From: an uncultured Actinomycetota bacterium
Lineage (GTDB): Bacteria; Actinomycetota; Actinomycetes; Propionibacteriales; Nocardioidaceae
Length of the DNA: 64,000 nt
Reading direction: 5' to 3'
Assembly (NCBI GenBank): GCA_963698315.1
Contig: CAVOQH010000002.1
Location: 837,711-901,710, forward strand
The position numbers and the translations under genes were made by a program. Each line of letters starts with the position of its first letter. The first letter of the stretch is position 1. Of the stretch, positions 50,485 through 60,835 are shown piece by piece. Under the pieces are notes generated by a model, which searched no databases, was not told where the DNA came from, and worked only from the letters and a program-made list of their open reading frames with translations.

Positions 50485-50614
50485 GGGCGCCCCTTTCGTC
50501 TGGTGGGCCGGAGGGTTCATCGGACCGACGACACACTAGGCTGTAGGTGGTCGCGTGGACGCCTGGTACGAAGGGCGGACCGCGACGCACCGGACCGCTA
50601 CGAGGAGGAACCAG

Positions 50615-50938
50615 GTGACCTACGTCATCGCGCAGCCGTGTGTGGACCTCAAGGACCGCGCCTGCGTCGACGAGTGCCCCGTCGACTGCATCTACGAGGG
50701 CTCGCGGATGCTCTACATCCACCCCGACGAGTGCGTCGACTGCGGTGCCTGTGAGCCGGTCTGCCCGGTGGAGGCGATCTTCTACGAGGACGACACGCCG
50801 GAGCAGTGGAAGGACTACTACACCGCCAACGTCGACTTCTTCACCGACCTCGGCTCGCCCGGCGGCGCGGCGAAGATGGGCGTGATCGAGAAGGACCACC
50901 CGCTCATCGCGGCGCTGCCCCCGCAGAACCAGGACTGA
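50615..50938 (+). CDS. fdxA: 7Fe/8Fe ferredoxin
   Basis: TYVIAQPCVD..D.ACV.ECPVDCIYEG...CVDCGACEPVCP; GAGGAGG SD. Confidence 0.95.
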   Translation: MTYVIAQPCVDLKDRACVDECPVDCIYEGSRMLYIHPDECVDCGACEPVCPVEAIFYEDDTPEQWKDYYTANVDFFTDLGSPGGAAKMGVIEKDHPLIAALPPQNQD

Positions 50939-50945
50939 CCGCTCG

Positions 50946-52086
50946 GTGGTGGAGCGTCCCACGGTGGTCGGGGCCGTCGCGACCCGCCGGGTCAGTGAGC
51001 GGCTGCCCGACTTCCCGTGGGACCACCTGACGGCGTACGGCGACACCGCGCGCGCCCACCCCGACGGGATCGTCGACCTCTCGGTGGGCACGCCGGTCGA
51101 CCCGACGCCCGCCGTGGTGCAGGACGCGCTGGCCGAGGCGGCCGACTCGCCCGGATACCCGCTGACCATCGGGCGGGTCGACACCCGGCAGGCCTGCCTC
51201 GACTGGCTGGAGCGCCGGTTCGGCGTGACCGGCCTGGGGCTCGACGCGGTGCTGCCCACGATCGGCTCCAAGGAGCTGGTCGCCTCGCTGCCCACTCACC
51301 TCGGGCTCGGCCCGGGTGACCTCGTCGTCATCCCCGAGCTGGCCTACCCGACCTACGAGGTCGGTGCCCGGCTGGCCGGCGCGCGCACCCTCGCCGCCGA
51401 CTCGCTGACCGCGGTCGGCCCCGAGCGGGTCGCGATGGTGTGGGTCAACTCCCCGTCCAACCCGACCGGCCGGGTGCTGCCCGTCGAGCACCTGCGCAAG
51501 GTCGTCGACTGGTGCCGTGAGCGCGGGGCGCTGCTGGTCTCCGACGAGTGCTACCTCGAGTGCGCCTGGGACGAGCAGCCGGTCAGTGCGCTGCACCCCG
51601 ACGTGTGCGGGGGCGACCCCACCGGGATCCTCACGGTGCACTCGCTGTCGAAGCGGTCCAACCTGGCCGGCTACCGCTGCGCCTTCGTCGCCGGCGATCC
51701 CGCGGTGGTGGGGGAGCTGCTGGCCGTCCGCAAGAACCTCGGCCTGATCATGCCCGGGCCGCAGCAGGTGGCGATGCGTGCGGCCCTCGAGCGACGACGT
51801 GCACGTCGCCGAGCAGCACGCCCGCTACGCCGCCCGGCGCACCGCGCTCCGGGACGCCCTCGAGGGGGCCGGCTTCCGGGTCGACCACTCGGAGGCGGCG
51901 CTCTACCTGTGGGCCAGCCGCGACGAGCCGTGCTGGGTCACGGTCGCCGCGCTGGCCGAGCTGGGGATCCTGGTCGCGCCAGGAGAGTTCTACGGTGCCG
52001 CCGGTGCCCGGCACGTCCGGGTGGCGTTCACCGCCACCGACGAGCGGGTGCAGGCCGCCGTACGCCGCCTGGCCGCGTCGGCCTGA
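50946..52086 (+). CDS. dapC: N-succinyl-diaminopimelate aminotransferase; apparent frameshift near 51790
   Basis: LPDFPWD, DLSVGTPVDP, NSPSNPTG, SDECY, SLSKRSNLAGYR; follows fdxA. Confidence 0.9.
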
Positions 52087-52103
52087 GCGGTCCCGCAGAC
52101 GGG

Positions 52104-52388
52104 TCAGGCGCCCTGGGCGAAGGACATCGGGCGCGAGCCCATCGGCATCGCGCCCTCGGTGATCGGGGTGCGGTGCGGGGCCTCGGTGAAGACGCGGACG
52201 GCGGCCACGCTCTCGATGCGCACGACCGAGTGCTCGAGCTCGTCGGAGTGCAGGACCAGCCCGTGGCCGTCGACGGCGGCGACGCGGCCGGAGAGCCACT
52301 GCCCCTCGACGAGCACCTGGACGGGCACGTCGTTCTCGTGGGCCCGGTTCAGGGCGGTGCCGATCGTGTAGAGGATCGAGGTGCTCAT
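52104..52388 (-). CDS. Small protein with predicted Sm/Hfq-like fold
   Basis: GGGAGG SD, TACCGT -10 at 52441-52446; LNRAHENDVPVQVLVEGQWLSGRVAAVD matches the Hfq Sm1 pattern by eye. Confidence 0.7.
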   Translation of the reverse strand: MSTSILYTIGTALNRAHENDVPVQVLVEGQWLSGRVAAVDGHGLVLHSDELEHSVVRIESVAAVRVFTEAPHRTPITEGAMPMGSRPMSFAQGA

Positions 52389-52608
52389 CTGGTGCCTCCC
52401 ACCGTGTCGCCGAGACGGGACGCGTGCCCCCACATCCGGAACGGTAGGCCGCGGACCGGTCCGGGCGGGAGGGGAACCGCTCAGGATGACCCGACCGATA
52501 GGCGCGGAATGTCCGTTTGGAGGATACGGGTCGCCGATCGTCCCGACGGACCCCACGACCGGGGGACCGCGCGCGGCCCGGCCCGACTGCCCCGGACCTG
52601 CGCCGAGG

Positions 52609-53878
52609 TCAGCCGGTGACGGCGCAGCCGCCGCCGTCCTGGGTCTCCACCGCCTCGATCGACACGCAGGTGTCCCGCCCGCCGCGGGGACGGGCGGTGT
52701 CGTGGCCCGGTCCACCGACCAGGACGTCGTTGCGCCGGGTGCCGAGGAGCCGGTCGTCCCCGGCCCGGCCGTCGAGACGCACGGGGCCGCCGCGGCTGAA
52801 GACCGTCTCGGGTCCAGCGGTCCCGGTGAGCTCCCAGGTCCCGAGCGGCAGGTGCACCCAGCGGAACGACCGGACGCGCACGGTCACCGGAGGGGAGCCC
52901 GTCTCCAGCACCGCCTCGCCGGCGACCAGGTCGAGCCGGCCCTGCGACCGGGTGGTGGTGTCGAGCCGGACCCGGTCGAGCCCCGGGCCGCCGAGCAGGG
53001 CCTGGCCGCCCCGCGCCACGAGGGCGTCCTGGAGCTCGTCGTCCCCCGACCCGCCGCGGAGCCGGTCGGCGCCGCTGGTGCCGGTGTCGACCAGGTGGTC
53101 GCGGCCGCTGCCGCCCGAGAGCCGGTCGGGGCCGGCCTCGGCCCAGACCGCGTCGTCGCCGGAGCCGCCCCGGGCCTCGTCGGCGTCGGCGGGCCGTGCG
53201 CCGCCGCCGTCGGTGACCAGGGTGTCCTGGCCGCCCCGGCCCCGGAGCACGTCGGAGCCGGGCCCGCCGGCGAGGGTGTCGTCGCCGGGGCCGCCCACGA
53301 GGCTGTCGTCGAAGCGGCTGCCCACCACGGCGAGGCGGCCGGGCGCCAGGGTGTCGTCGCCCTGGCCGGTGGCCACGCGGGTGTCGAGGTCGACCCGGAC
53401 GGGGGAGTCGGACAGGTCGTAGCGCACCGTGTCGAGCTCGAACCAGTCCTCGTCACGCGGGTCCTCGCCGCCGACGAGCCGGTCGTCGCCGAGGCCGCCG
53501 TACAACGTGTCGCCGACCCGGGACTCGCCGGCGCCGCGGTCCTCGACCAGGGCGTCGAGCCCGCCGCGGACGTCGTCGTCGCCGTTGCCGCCGCGCAGCA
53601 CGTCGCCGCCCTCGCCGCCGAGCAGCAGGTCGGCGCCGTTGCCCCCGCAGAGCACGTCGTCGCCGCCGAGGCCCGCGATCCGGTCGTCGCCGCCCAGCCC
53701 GACGATCACGTCGTCGCCCGGCGTGCCGGTCAGCCGGTCGTCCCCCTCGGTGCCGACCAGGGTGGGTGTCCGTTCGGCGCACGGATCCAGGACGCGTCGC
53801 CTGACCGGGCAGGACCGGGGCCATGGTGACGAGGACGGTCAGGGCCAGCAGGCGGGCGGCGAGGCGAGAGCGTGACAT
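52609..53878 (-). CDS. Secreted Ca-binding protein with RTX-like GGxGxD repeats; apparent frameshift near 53795
   Basis: Sec-type signal peptide; many GGxGxDxL nonapeptides. Confidence 0.82.
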
Positions 53879-53968
53879 GACGTGACCCCCGGAGTGCGGC
53901 CGCCGGAGGGGCGGCAGTCGCTGTCCACGGTAGTGCGGTCGCCGCGACCCGGCAGTCGACGCAGCCGG

Positions 53969-54943
53969 TCAGCCGACGTCGACGTGCACGTGGTCGCGGT
54001 GCTCGAGGACCGCCCGGTCGCCCGGCCCGTCGCCCGCGTCGTAGTCCCGCCAGCCGCGCTCGGATCGGCTGCCCGCCGTCCAGATCCGGTCGTCGAAGAT
54101 GACCGTGCGGATGCCGAGCCGGTCGGCCTGCGCGACGAGGTACTGCGCCACCGCCCAGCCCCGGCGCTGGTTGTCGGGGTTGATCGGCCGGAAGAAGATG
54201 TCGACGGCCCGGCCCTCGTAGTGCGCCGAGCCCTCCATGTGCCCGTCGCGCACCCCGCCCGGCGCGAACCCGCCGAGCGACTGGCTGCCGAACGCGCGCT
54301 CCATGTCGCGGCGCACCTTCGCGGCCCGCGGGGTGAGGCCGGTCCTGTTGAGCCCCTCGGCCTCCACGTCGTCCTCGCGGACCACGCAGCTGAACCGGCC
54401 CGGGCTGTAGCCGGTCAGCGCCGAGGCGAGCGCGCGGCCGTCCTCGGCGTGGTCCTCGTAGGCCTCCGGGAACCCCGAGCGCTGCACCTCCTGGGCCGCC
54501 TCGGTGATCCGCATCGTCTGGTAGCCGTCGATCTTCTCGAGCTCGTCGTAGAACTTGTTGGTGGCGTAGTAGGGGTCCTGCAGCTGCTCGGGCGTGCCCC
54601 AGCCCTGGGACGGGCGCTGCTGGAAGAGGCCCAGCGAGTCCCGGTCACCGTGGTCGAGGTTCTCGATCTTGCTCTCCTGGTAGGCCGTCGCCAGGGCGAT
54701 CGACACCGCACGGGCAGGCAGCCCCCGGCGTACGCCGATGGCGGCGATCAGGGCCGCGTTCTCCGACTGCTCCATGGAGAGCTCCACCGAGACGCCGCCG
54801 ACCTCGGCCACGCAGCGCTCGGGGTCGGGCAGCGGGCCCACGCCCTCGCGGAAGAGGAGCCCGACCCCGGCGGCCACGCCGACGACCAGGAGCAGCGTGA
54901 GGACGATCCCGCCGGCCCGGCTCCGGGCCGGCCTAGTTGGCAT
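53969..54943 (-). CDS. Membrane-anchored putative cell-wall hydrolase (lysozyme-like + M15/LAS-like domains)
   Basis: TM; [24 protein letters not shown]; [10 protein letters not shown] and HRDHVHV. Confidence 0.7.
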   Translation of the reverse strand: MPTRPARSRAGGIVLTLLLVVGVAAGVGLLFREGVGPLPDPERCVAEVGGVSVELSMEQSENAALIAAIGVRRGLPARAVSIALATAYQESKIENLDHGDRDSLGLFQQRPSQGWGTPEQLQDPYYATNKFYDELEKIDGYQTMRITEAAQEVQRSGFPEAYEDHAEDGRALASALTGYSPGRFSCVVREDDVEAEGLNRTGLTPRAAKVRRDMERAFGSQSLGGFAPGGVRDGHMEGSAHYEGRAVDIFFRPINPDNQRRGWAVAQYLVAQADRLGIRTVIFDDRIWTAGSRSERGWRDYDAGDGPGDRAVLEHRDHVHVDVG

Positions 54944-55916
54944 GCAGGTCGGCGTTCAGCTCGATGCCCTGACCCTTCCAGGGCACCGCCTCCACCGCGC
55001 CGGTCGTGGAGTTGCGACGGAACAGCACGTTGTCGGCCCCGGACAGCTCGACGGCCTTCACGACCCGCGGGTCGCCGGAGCCGTCGTGGAGCAGCACCTT
55101 GGTGCCGGCGGTGACGTAGCAGCCGGCCTCGACCACGCAGTCGTCGCCCAGGGAGATGCCGATCCCGGCGTTGGCGCCGATCAGGCAGCGCTCGCCCACG
55201 GAGATGACCTGCTTGCCGCCTCCGGACAGGGTGCCCATGATCGAGGAGCCGCCGCCGACGTCGGACCCGTCGCCCACCACGACACCCGCGCTGATCCGGC
55301 CCTCCACCATCGAGGAGCCGAGCGTGCCGGCGTTGAAGTTGACGAAGCCCTCGTGCATGACGGTCGTGCCGTCGGCCAGGTGCGCGCCGAGGCGCACCCG
55401 GTCGGCGTCGGCGATGCGGACGCCGGTGGGCAGGACGTAGTCGGTCATCCGCGGGAACTTGTCGACGCCGAACACGCTGACGTGCCCGTGCGCCGCCGCG
55501 AGGCGCAGCCGGGTGAGCTCGAAGCCCTCCACGGCGCAGGGGCCGGCGCTGGTCCACACGACGTTGGTGAGCAGGCCGAAGACGCCGTCGAGGTTGACGC
55601 TGTGCGGGGCGACGAGCCGGTGACTGAGCAGGTGCAGCCGCAGCCAGACGTCATGGGTGTCGGCCGGGGCGGCCTGCAGGTCCTCGATGACGGTGAGGAC
55701 GACGGACCGGCGTACGCCGCGGGCCTCGTCGACGCCCTCGAGGCGGGTCAGCTCGACCGGGGCCTCGACGTCACCGGTCGGGGTGCCCAGCGCGGGCAGC
55801 GGGTACCAGGTGTCGAGGACCCCGCTCTCGCCCTCGGTGCCGGCGAAGGTCGCGAGTCCGAAGGCCCAGGCGGCCCTCGGGGCAGGGGAGGCTGGGTGCG
55901 CAGCGGTGTCGGTCAC
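54933..55916 (-). CDS. dapD: Tetrahydrodipicolinate N-succinyltransferase
   Basis: [41 protein letters not shown]. Confidence 0.95.
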   Translation of the reverse strand: MTDTAAHPASPAPRAAWAFGLATFAGTEGESGVLDTWYPLPALGTPTGDVEAPVELTRLEGVDEARGVRRSVVLTVIEDLQAAPADTHDVWLRLHLLSHRLVAPHSVNLDGVFGLLTNVVWTSAGPCAVEGFELTRLRLAAAHGHVSVFGVDKFPRMTDYVLPTGVRIADADRVRLGAHLADGTTVMHEGFVNFNAGTLGSSMVEGRISAGVVVGDGSDVGGGSSIMGTLSGGGKQVISVGERCLIGANAGIGISLGDDCVVEAGCYVTAGTKVLLHDGSGDPRVVKAVELSGADNVLFRRNSTTGAVEAVPWKGQGIELNADLHAN

Positions 55917-55983
55917 CCGTGCAACGCTACCCAAAAGCCGGGAAACGACCGACCCGGCCCGACCGGCCCGTGAGAGGAGCCAC

Positions 55984-56673
55984 ATGAGCCCGGACGCCCG
56001 CTGGATGGAGCTGTGCATGGACACCGTCGAGGAGGGGCCGCGGCTCGGCGCCTTCTGGGCGGCCGTCATCGGCGGCGAGCACCGGACCTCCGACGCCGAT
56101 CCCGCCGGCGACGTCGTCGTCCCGGCCGTGGAGGGTGGCGGGCTGGCGATGTGCCCGGTGCCGGAGCCCAGGACCGTCAAGCACCGGGTCCACCTCGACG
56201 TCTACACCGCCGCCGTCGCCGACCTGGAGGCCCTCGGCGCCACGGTGCTGGTGCCGGCGGAGGAGTCCGGGTTCGGGTGGACGGTGATGGCCGACCCCGA
56301 GGGTGGCGAGTTCTGCGCGTTCGTCCGCGAGCCCGAGCGGCTCCCCGACTACCGCCTGCACGCCGTGGGGGTCGACTGCGTCGACGCCGAGCGCACCGCG
56401 CGCTGGTGGGGGGACCGGTTCGGGATCGAGCCCAAGAACCACGCCGACCAGGACTGGTGGACGCTCGAGGGCGTCACCCACGACCCCGTGCTGGTGTTCG
56501 ACTTCGCGCCGGTCCCGGAGCCCAAGACGGTGAAGAACCGCATCCACTGGGACGTCTACGGCGACGTCGCCGACTTCGAGCGGGCCGGCGCCACCGTCCT
56601 GTGGACGATGCCTCGCTGGACGGTCATGGCCGACCCCGAGGGCAACGAGTTCTGCGTCTTCCCGCCCCGCTGA
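55984..56673 (+). CDS. Tandem-domain VOC protein
   Basis: Two repeats of VPEP.TVK.R.H.DV...MADPEG.EFC; GAGGAG SD. Confidence 0.88.
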   Translation: MSPDARWMELCMDTVEEGPRLGAFWAAVIGGEHRTSDADPAGDVVVPAVEGGGLAMCPVPEPRTVKHRVHLDVYTAAVADLEALGATVLVPAEESGFGWTVMADPEGGEFCAFVREPERLPDYRLHAVGVDCVDAERTARWWGDRFGIEPKNHADQDWWTLEGVTHDPVLVFDFAPVPEPKTVKNRIHWDVYGDVADFERAGATVLWTMPRWTVMADPEGNEFCVFPPR

Positions 56674-56878
56674 GCGGACACGGACGGGCGCCGTCACGGG
56701 GAGCGTCAAGCGGCTTGGCCGCGGCGGCCGCCGACGGACGTCACGACCCGCAGAGTCGCCGGCCGACGCGCCGCCGCAGCGACCGGGACGGTGAACGGCC
56801 GGGTTCGCGGAGCCGAGCCCGGGAGGAAGCCGAGCACGGCATGACAGGCTTTCTCACGACGCTGGCAGGATGACCCGC

Positions 56879-57943
56879 ATGGGACTCGACCTCACGGCTG
56901 ACGCCGTCACCCTCACCCAGCAGCTCGTCGACATCGAGTCGGTGAGCGGCAACGAGGCCGCCATCGCCGACGCGATCGAGGCGGCGCTCGGCGGCCTCGA
57001 CCACCTGACCGTGCAGCGGTTCGGCCACACGCTGGTGGCCCGCACCGAGCTCGGCCGCGACGAGCGCGTGGTGATCGCCGGCCACATCGACACCGTGCCG
57101 CTCAACGACAACCTGCCGGCCCGGCTGACCGACACCGACCTGCACGGCCTGGGCAGCTGCGACATGAAGGGCGGCGTGGCGATCGCGCTGCGGGCCGCCG
57201 CGACGCTGCCCGCCCCCAACCGCGACGTCACCTACGTGTTCTACGAGTGCGAGGAGGTCGAGGCCGAGCGCAACGGGCTGTTCAAGCTCTCCCAGAGCCA
57301 CCCCGACCTGCTCGAGGCCGACTTCGCGATCCTGATGGAGCCCTCCGACGCCGTGGTCGAGGCCGGCTGCCAGGGCACCATGCGCGTCGACGTGCTGACC
57401 CGCGGCGAGCGCGCCCACTCGGCCCGGTCCTGGAAGGGCGTCAACGCCATCCACGGCGCGGCCGAGGTGCTGACCCGGCTCAACGACTACGAGCCCCGCC
57501 GGCCGGTGATCGACGGTCTGGAGTACCACGAGGGCCTCAACGCCGTGTTCATCTCCGGCGGCGTCGCGGGCAACGTGCTGCCCGACGAGTGCCGCATCTC
57601 GGTGAACTACCGGTTCGCGCCCGACCGCTCGGAGGAGGAGGCCCTCGCGCACATGCGCGAGGTGTTCGACGGCTACGAGATCGAGGTCAGCGACTCCGCG
57701 CCGGCCGCGATGCCGGGCCTGGGCGTGCCCGCCGCGGCGGCGTTCGTCGAGGCGGTGGGTGGCACGGTCAACCCCAAGTTCGGGTGGACCGACGTCGCCC
57801 GGTTCAGCGTGCTCGGCGTACCGGCCGTCAACTTCGGCCCCGGCGACCCGCACCTGGCGCACAAGCAGGAGGAGTTCGTGCCGCTGGCGCACCTGCGCTC
57901 CGTCGAGGCCCAGCTGCACACCTGGCTGGGAGCGGGCTCGTGA
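56879..57943 (+). CDS. dapE: Succinyl-diaminopimelate desuccinylase
   Basis: AGHIDTVP, DMKGG, YECEEV, AHSARSW, GWTDVARF, NFGPGDP. Confidence 0.95.
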   Translation: MGLDLTADAVTLTQQLVDIESVSGNEAAIADAIEAALGGLDHLTVQRFGHTLVARTELGRDERVVIAGHIDTVPLNDNLPARLTDTDLHGLGSCDMKGGVAIALRAAATLPAPNRDVTYVFYECEEVEAERNGLFKLSQSHPDLLEADFAILMEPSDAVVEAGCQGTMRVDVLTRGERAHSARSWKGVNAIHGAAEVLTRLNDYEPRRPVIDGLEYHEGLNAVFISGGVAGNVLPDECRISVNYRFAPDRSEEEALAHMREVFDGYEIEVSDSAPAAMPGLGVPAAAAFVEAVGGTVNPKFGWTDVARFSVLGVPAVNFGPGDPHLAHKQEEFVPLAHLRSVEAQLHTWLGAGS

Positions 57944-58728
57944 ACCACGAGCCGGAGAAGTTCCGCGGCCGCACCCGGCTCCGCCGCGGCGAGCTCGACT
58001 CGAGCACCACCGACCAGCGCCTGCTCGACTCGCGCGGCCCCACCGACTGGGTGCACACCGATCCGTGGCGTGTCCTGAGGATCCAGAGCGAGTTCATCGA
58101 GGGCTTCGGCTCGCTGGCCGAGCTCGGTCCGGCCATCTCGGTCTTCGGCTCCGCCCGCACCACGCCGGACGACCCGGCCTACGCGATGGCGGAGGAGCTC
58201 GGACGCCAGCTGACCGAGGCCGGCTTCGCGGTCGTCACCGGCGGCGGGCCCGGCGTGATGGAGGCCGCCAACAAGGGCGCCAGCCTGGCCGGCGGCACCT
58301 CGGTCGGGCTGGGCATCGAGCTGCCCTTCGAGGCCGGGCTCAACGAGTACGTCGACCGAGGGCTGAACTTCCGCTACTTCTTCGCCCGCAAGACGATGTT
58401 CGTGAAGTACGCCCAGGGCTTCGTGGTGCTGCCCGGCGGCTTCGGCACCTTCGACGAGCTGTTCGAGGCGCTCACGCTGGTGCAGACCCAGAAGGTGACG
58501 TCGTTCCCGATCGTGCTGATGGGCCGGTCCTACTGGGCGGGCCTGGTCGACTGGATCCGCGGCACCGTCCTCGCCGAGGGGAAGATCTCCGACAGCGACC
58601 TCGACATGTTCCACGTCACCGACGACGTCACGGAGGCGGTGACGATCATGGTCGAGGGACGCCTGCACCGGACCTCGGACGCCCCCGGCGCCGGCGAGCA
58701 CCCGGGGTCGGGCCGCGCCCCGGAGTGA
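57940..58728 (+). CDS. LOG-family (TIGR00730) nucleotide nucleosidase
   Basis: SVFGSAR, TGGGPG.MEAAN, RKTMF, PGGFGTFDE. Confidence 0.92.
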   Translation: MNHEPEKFRGRTRLRRGELDSSTTDQRLLDSRGPTDWVHTDPWRVLRIQSEFIEGFGSLAELGPAISVFGSARTTPDDPAYAMAEELGRQLTEAGFAVVTGGGPGVMEAANKGASLAGGTSVGLGIELPFEAGLNEYVDRGLNFRYFFARKTMFVKYAQGFVVLPGGFGTFDELFEALTLVQTQKVTSFPIVLMGRSYWAGLVDWIRGTVLAEGKISDSDLDMFHVTDDVTEAVTIMVEGRLHRTSDAPGAGEHPGSGRAPE

Positions 58729-58765
58729 GCCACCGCGTGTGGTCCGGCGTGACACGATGGCGGGC

Positions 58766-59068
58766 ATGACCTGGTTCTTCGCCTTCGTGATCGTGGCGCT
58801 GATGGGTGTCGTGGCCGTGGTCGCGACCGGCCGCGGCGGGTCGCTGGGGGAGACCTTCGACGACCGGCCCGACTCGCGGGTGCAGGCCGACGGCCCGCTC
58901 ACCGCCCAGGACCTGCGCCGGGTGCGCTTCTCCACCGCCTTCCGCGGCTACCGGATGTCGGAGGTGGACGCGCTCCTCGACCGGCTGGCCGCCGAGCGTG
59001 ACGTCGCGGCCGGGACGGCCGAGCCCTCGACCCACCAGCCGCGCCACGCGGCCGACGCGGAGGCCTGA
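58766..59068 (+). CDS. DivIVA-domain membrane protein
   Basis: TM; DLRRVRFSTAFRGYRMSEVDALLDRL. Confidence 0.88.
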   Translation: MTWFFAFVIVALMGVVAVVATGRGGSLGETFDDRPDSRVQADGPLTAQDLRRVRFSTAFRGYRMSEVDALLDRLAAERDVAAGTAEPSTHQPRHAADAEA

Positions 59069-59071
59069 GCC

Positions 59072-59551
59072 GTGCGGGCGCTGATCCGGCGCGAGGTCCC
59101 GCTCGACGTCCCCGCCTCCGTGGCCTGGGACTACGTCACCGACTGGCCGGCCCAGAGCGAGTGGGTGCCGCACACCCGGGTCGAGCACGTCGACCCGGCC
59201 GCCCCCGCCGTCGGCGTCGGAGGCCGGCTGCGGGCCTGGTCCGGGCTCGGACCGGTCGGCTTCTGGGACACCATGACGATCACCTCGTGGGAGCGGACGC
59301 CGGACGGCGGGGGCCGCTGCGAGGTGCTGCACACCGGCACCGTGGTCCGGGGCGAGGGCGAGTTCGAGGTGGTCGCCGACGGCCCCGACCGCTGCCGCTT
59401 CCTGTGGTCGGAGATGGCCGTGGTGCCGGCCGGCCGCGTCGGGGCGCTGGGCTGGCGGCTGGTGCGCCCGGTCGTGGAACGGCTGCTCGACCAGGGCCTG
59501 GCCACCCTCAAGCAGCGGCTCGAGGGCACCCGCCGTACCGCCCCGGACTGA
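59072..59551 (+). CDS. SRPBCC-family protein
   Basis: AWDYVTDW, GFWDTMTI, VLHTGTVVRG. Confidence 0.82.
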   Translation: MRALIRREVPLDVPASVAWDYVTDWPAQSEWVPHTRVEHVDPAAPAVGVGGRLRAWSGLGPVGFWDTMTITSWERTPDGGGRCEVLHTGTVVRGEGEFEVVADGPDRCRFLWSEMAVVPAGRVGALGWRLVRPVVERLLDQGLATLKQRLEGTRRTAPD

Positions 59552-59628
59552 ACCACCGGGCGCCACGCCGGAGGGTGTTTTCGCCCCTTGCGCGCACGTG
59601 ACCGGCCGGTTACGGCAGGATCAGGGCC

Positions 59629-60036
59629 GTGACCCCGTTCCTCATCACGCTGGTGCTGACCGTGCTGGCCGCGGTCGTGGTCGTGCTGACCCGGGTCCGG
59701 CTGGCCAAGGACGACGGCGCCGGCCGGCTCTCGATCCCGCACGGACTGCTCAACGCCCACACCGGGGCGGGGGTGCCCGCGATCCTGCTCTGGGGCGCGT
59801 TCCTGGTCACCGGCAACACCCTGCTCGGCTGGCTGGGCCTGCTCTGCTGGTGGGTCACGGTGATCGCCGGCCTGCTCATCCTGGCCCGCTGGATGCCGGC
59901 CCACGGGCGGCACTCCTCGGGCCCCAAGGCCGACACCTGGGGTGAGGGCCCCGGCCTGTCCGTGCTGGCCCACGTCGGTCTCCTCGTCGGCGTCCTCGTG
60001 TTCACCGCCTTCCTCGTGACCGGCAACCTGCCCTGA
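59629..60036 (+). CDS. Hypothetical 4-TM membrane protein
   Basis: Four hydrophobic segments; coupled to the next gene. Confidence 0.75.
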   Translation: MTPFLITLVLTVLAAVVVVLTRVRLAKDDGAGRLSIPHGLLNAHTGAGVPAILLWGAFLVTGNTLLGWLGLLCWWVTVIAGLLILARWMPAHGRHSSGPKADTWGEGPGLSVLAHVGLLVGVLVFTAFLVTGNLP

Positions 60037-60773
60037 TGCTGCGCTGCCTCGGGACGGCGCTCGTGGTGGCCCTCGGGCTGCTCGCCGTGCCCGCCCCGGC
60101 GCAGGCCGTCAGCACCGACCGCGGTGCGGTGGTCGAGACCCGCGTGGTCGGCACGTCGGTGAAGGGCCGCCGGATCATGGCCTACCGCGTCGGTGACCCC
60201 CGGGCGAAGGTGACCGCCGTGGCGATGTCGACGATGCACGGCAACGAGTCCGCTCCCCGGCACATCCTCCGGGCGATCCGCGACGGTCGCACCGTCCGCG
60301 GCGTCGACCTGTGGCTGATCCCCACCTACAACCCCGACGGTCTCGCCCGCGGCACCCGCGCCAACGCCCACGGCGTCGACCTCAACCGCAACTTCCCGTT
60401 CCGGTGGGCCGACCTCGACGGCAGCTACGAGTCCGGCCCCGGCCCGGCGTCCGAGCCCGAGACCCGCGCGGTGATGCGGTTCTTCCGGGCGGTCCGGCCG
60501 CGCTACGTGGTCAGCTTCCACCAGCCGTTGTACGGCGTCGACACGTCCGTGCCGTCGGTGCGCAGGTTCGCGCTGCGGCTCTCCCGCGGGCTCGACCTGC
60601 CGCGCAAACGGTTCGTCTGCGGCGGGGTCTGTCACGGCACCTTCACCCAGTGGTTCAACCACCGCTTCCGCGGCAAGGCCGTCACCGTCGAGTACGGCAC
60701 CCACCCCGGCCGGAAGCGGCTGCGGGTGCACGCCCCGCGCCAGCTCGTCCGCACCCTCGGCGGCCACTACTGA
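60036..60773 (+). CDS. Secreted M14 zinc peptidase (MpaA-like)
   Basis: Signal peptide; HGNE, NPDG, DLNRNF, SEPET, SFHQ, TVE. Confidence 0.85.
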   Translation: MLRCLGTALVVALGLLAVPAPAQAVSTDRGAVVETRVVGTSVKGRRIMAYRVGDPRAKVTAVAMSTMHGNESAPRHILRAIRDGRTVRGVDLWLIPTYNPDGLARGTRANAHGVDLNRNFPFRWADLDGSYESGPGPASEPETRAVMRFFRAVRPRYVVSFHQPLYGVDTSVPSVRRFALRLSRGLDLPRKRFVCGGVCHGTFTQWFNHRFRGKAVTVEYGTHPGRKRLRVHAPRQLVRTLGGHY

Positions 60774-60830
60774 ACGATTCGTCTGCGCGTTCCGGGGTGA
60801 TTCACGCGGGCGACTCGCAGACGAGTCGTT
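60773..60830. terminator. Long inverted repeat between convergent genes (REP-like/bidirectional terminator)
   Basis: AACGATTCGTCTGCG ... CGCAGACGAGTCGTT (14/15 complementary). Confidence 0.65.
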
Positions 60831-60835
60831 GTCGG

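Noticed and set aside
56674-56878. 205-nt spacer before dapE as a lysine riboswitch or small ORF
   Set aside because: No lysine-riboswitch consensus recognised; dapE looks leaderless (CAGGAT-N7-ATG); the short antisense ORFs lack support
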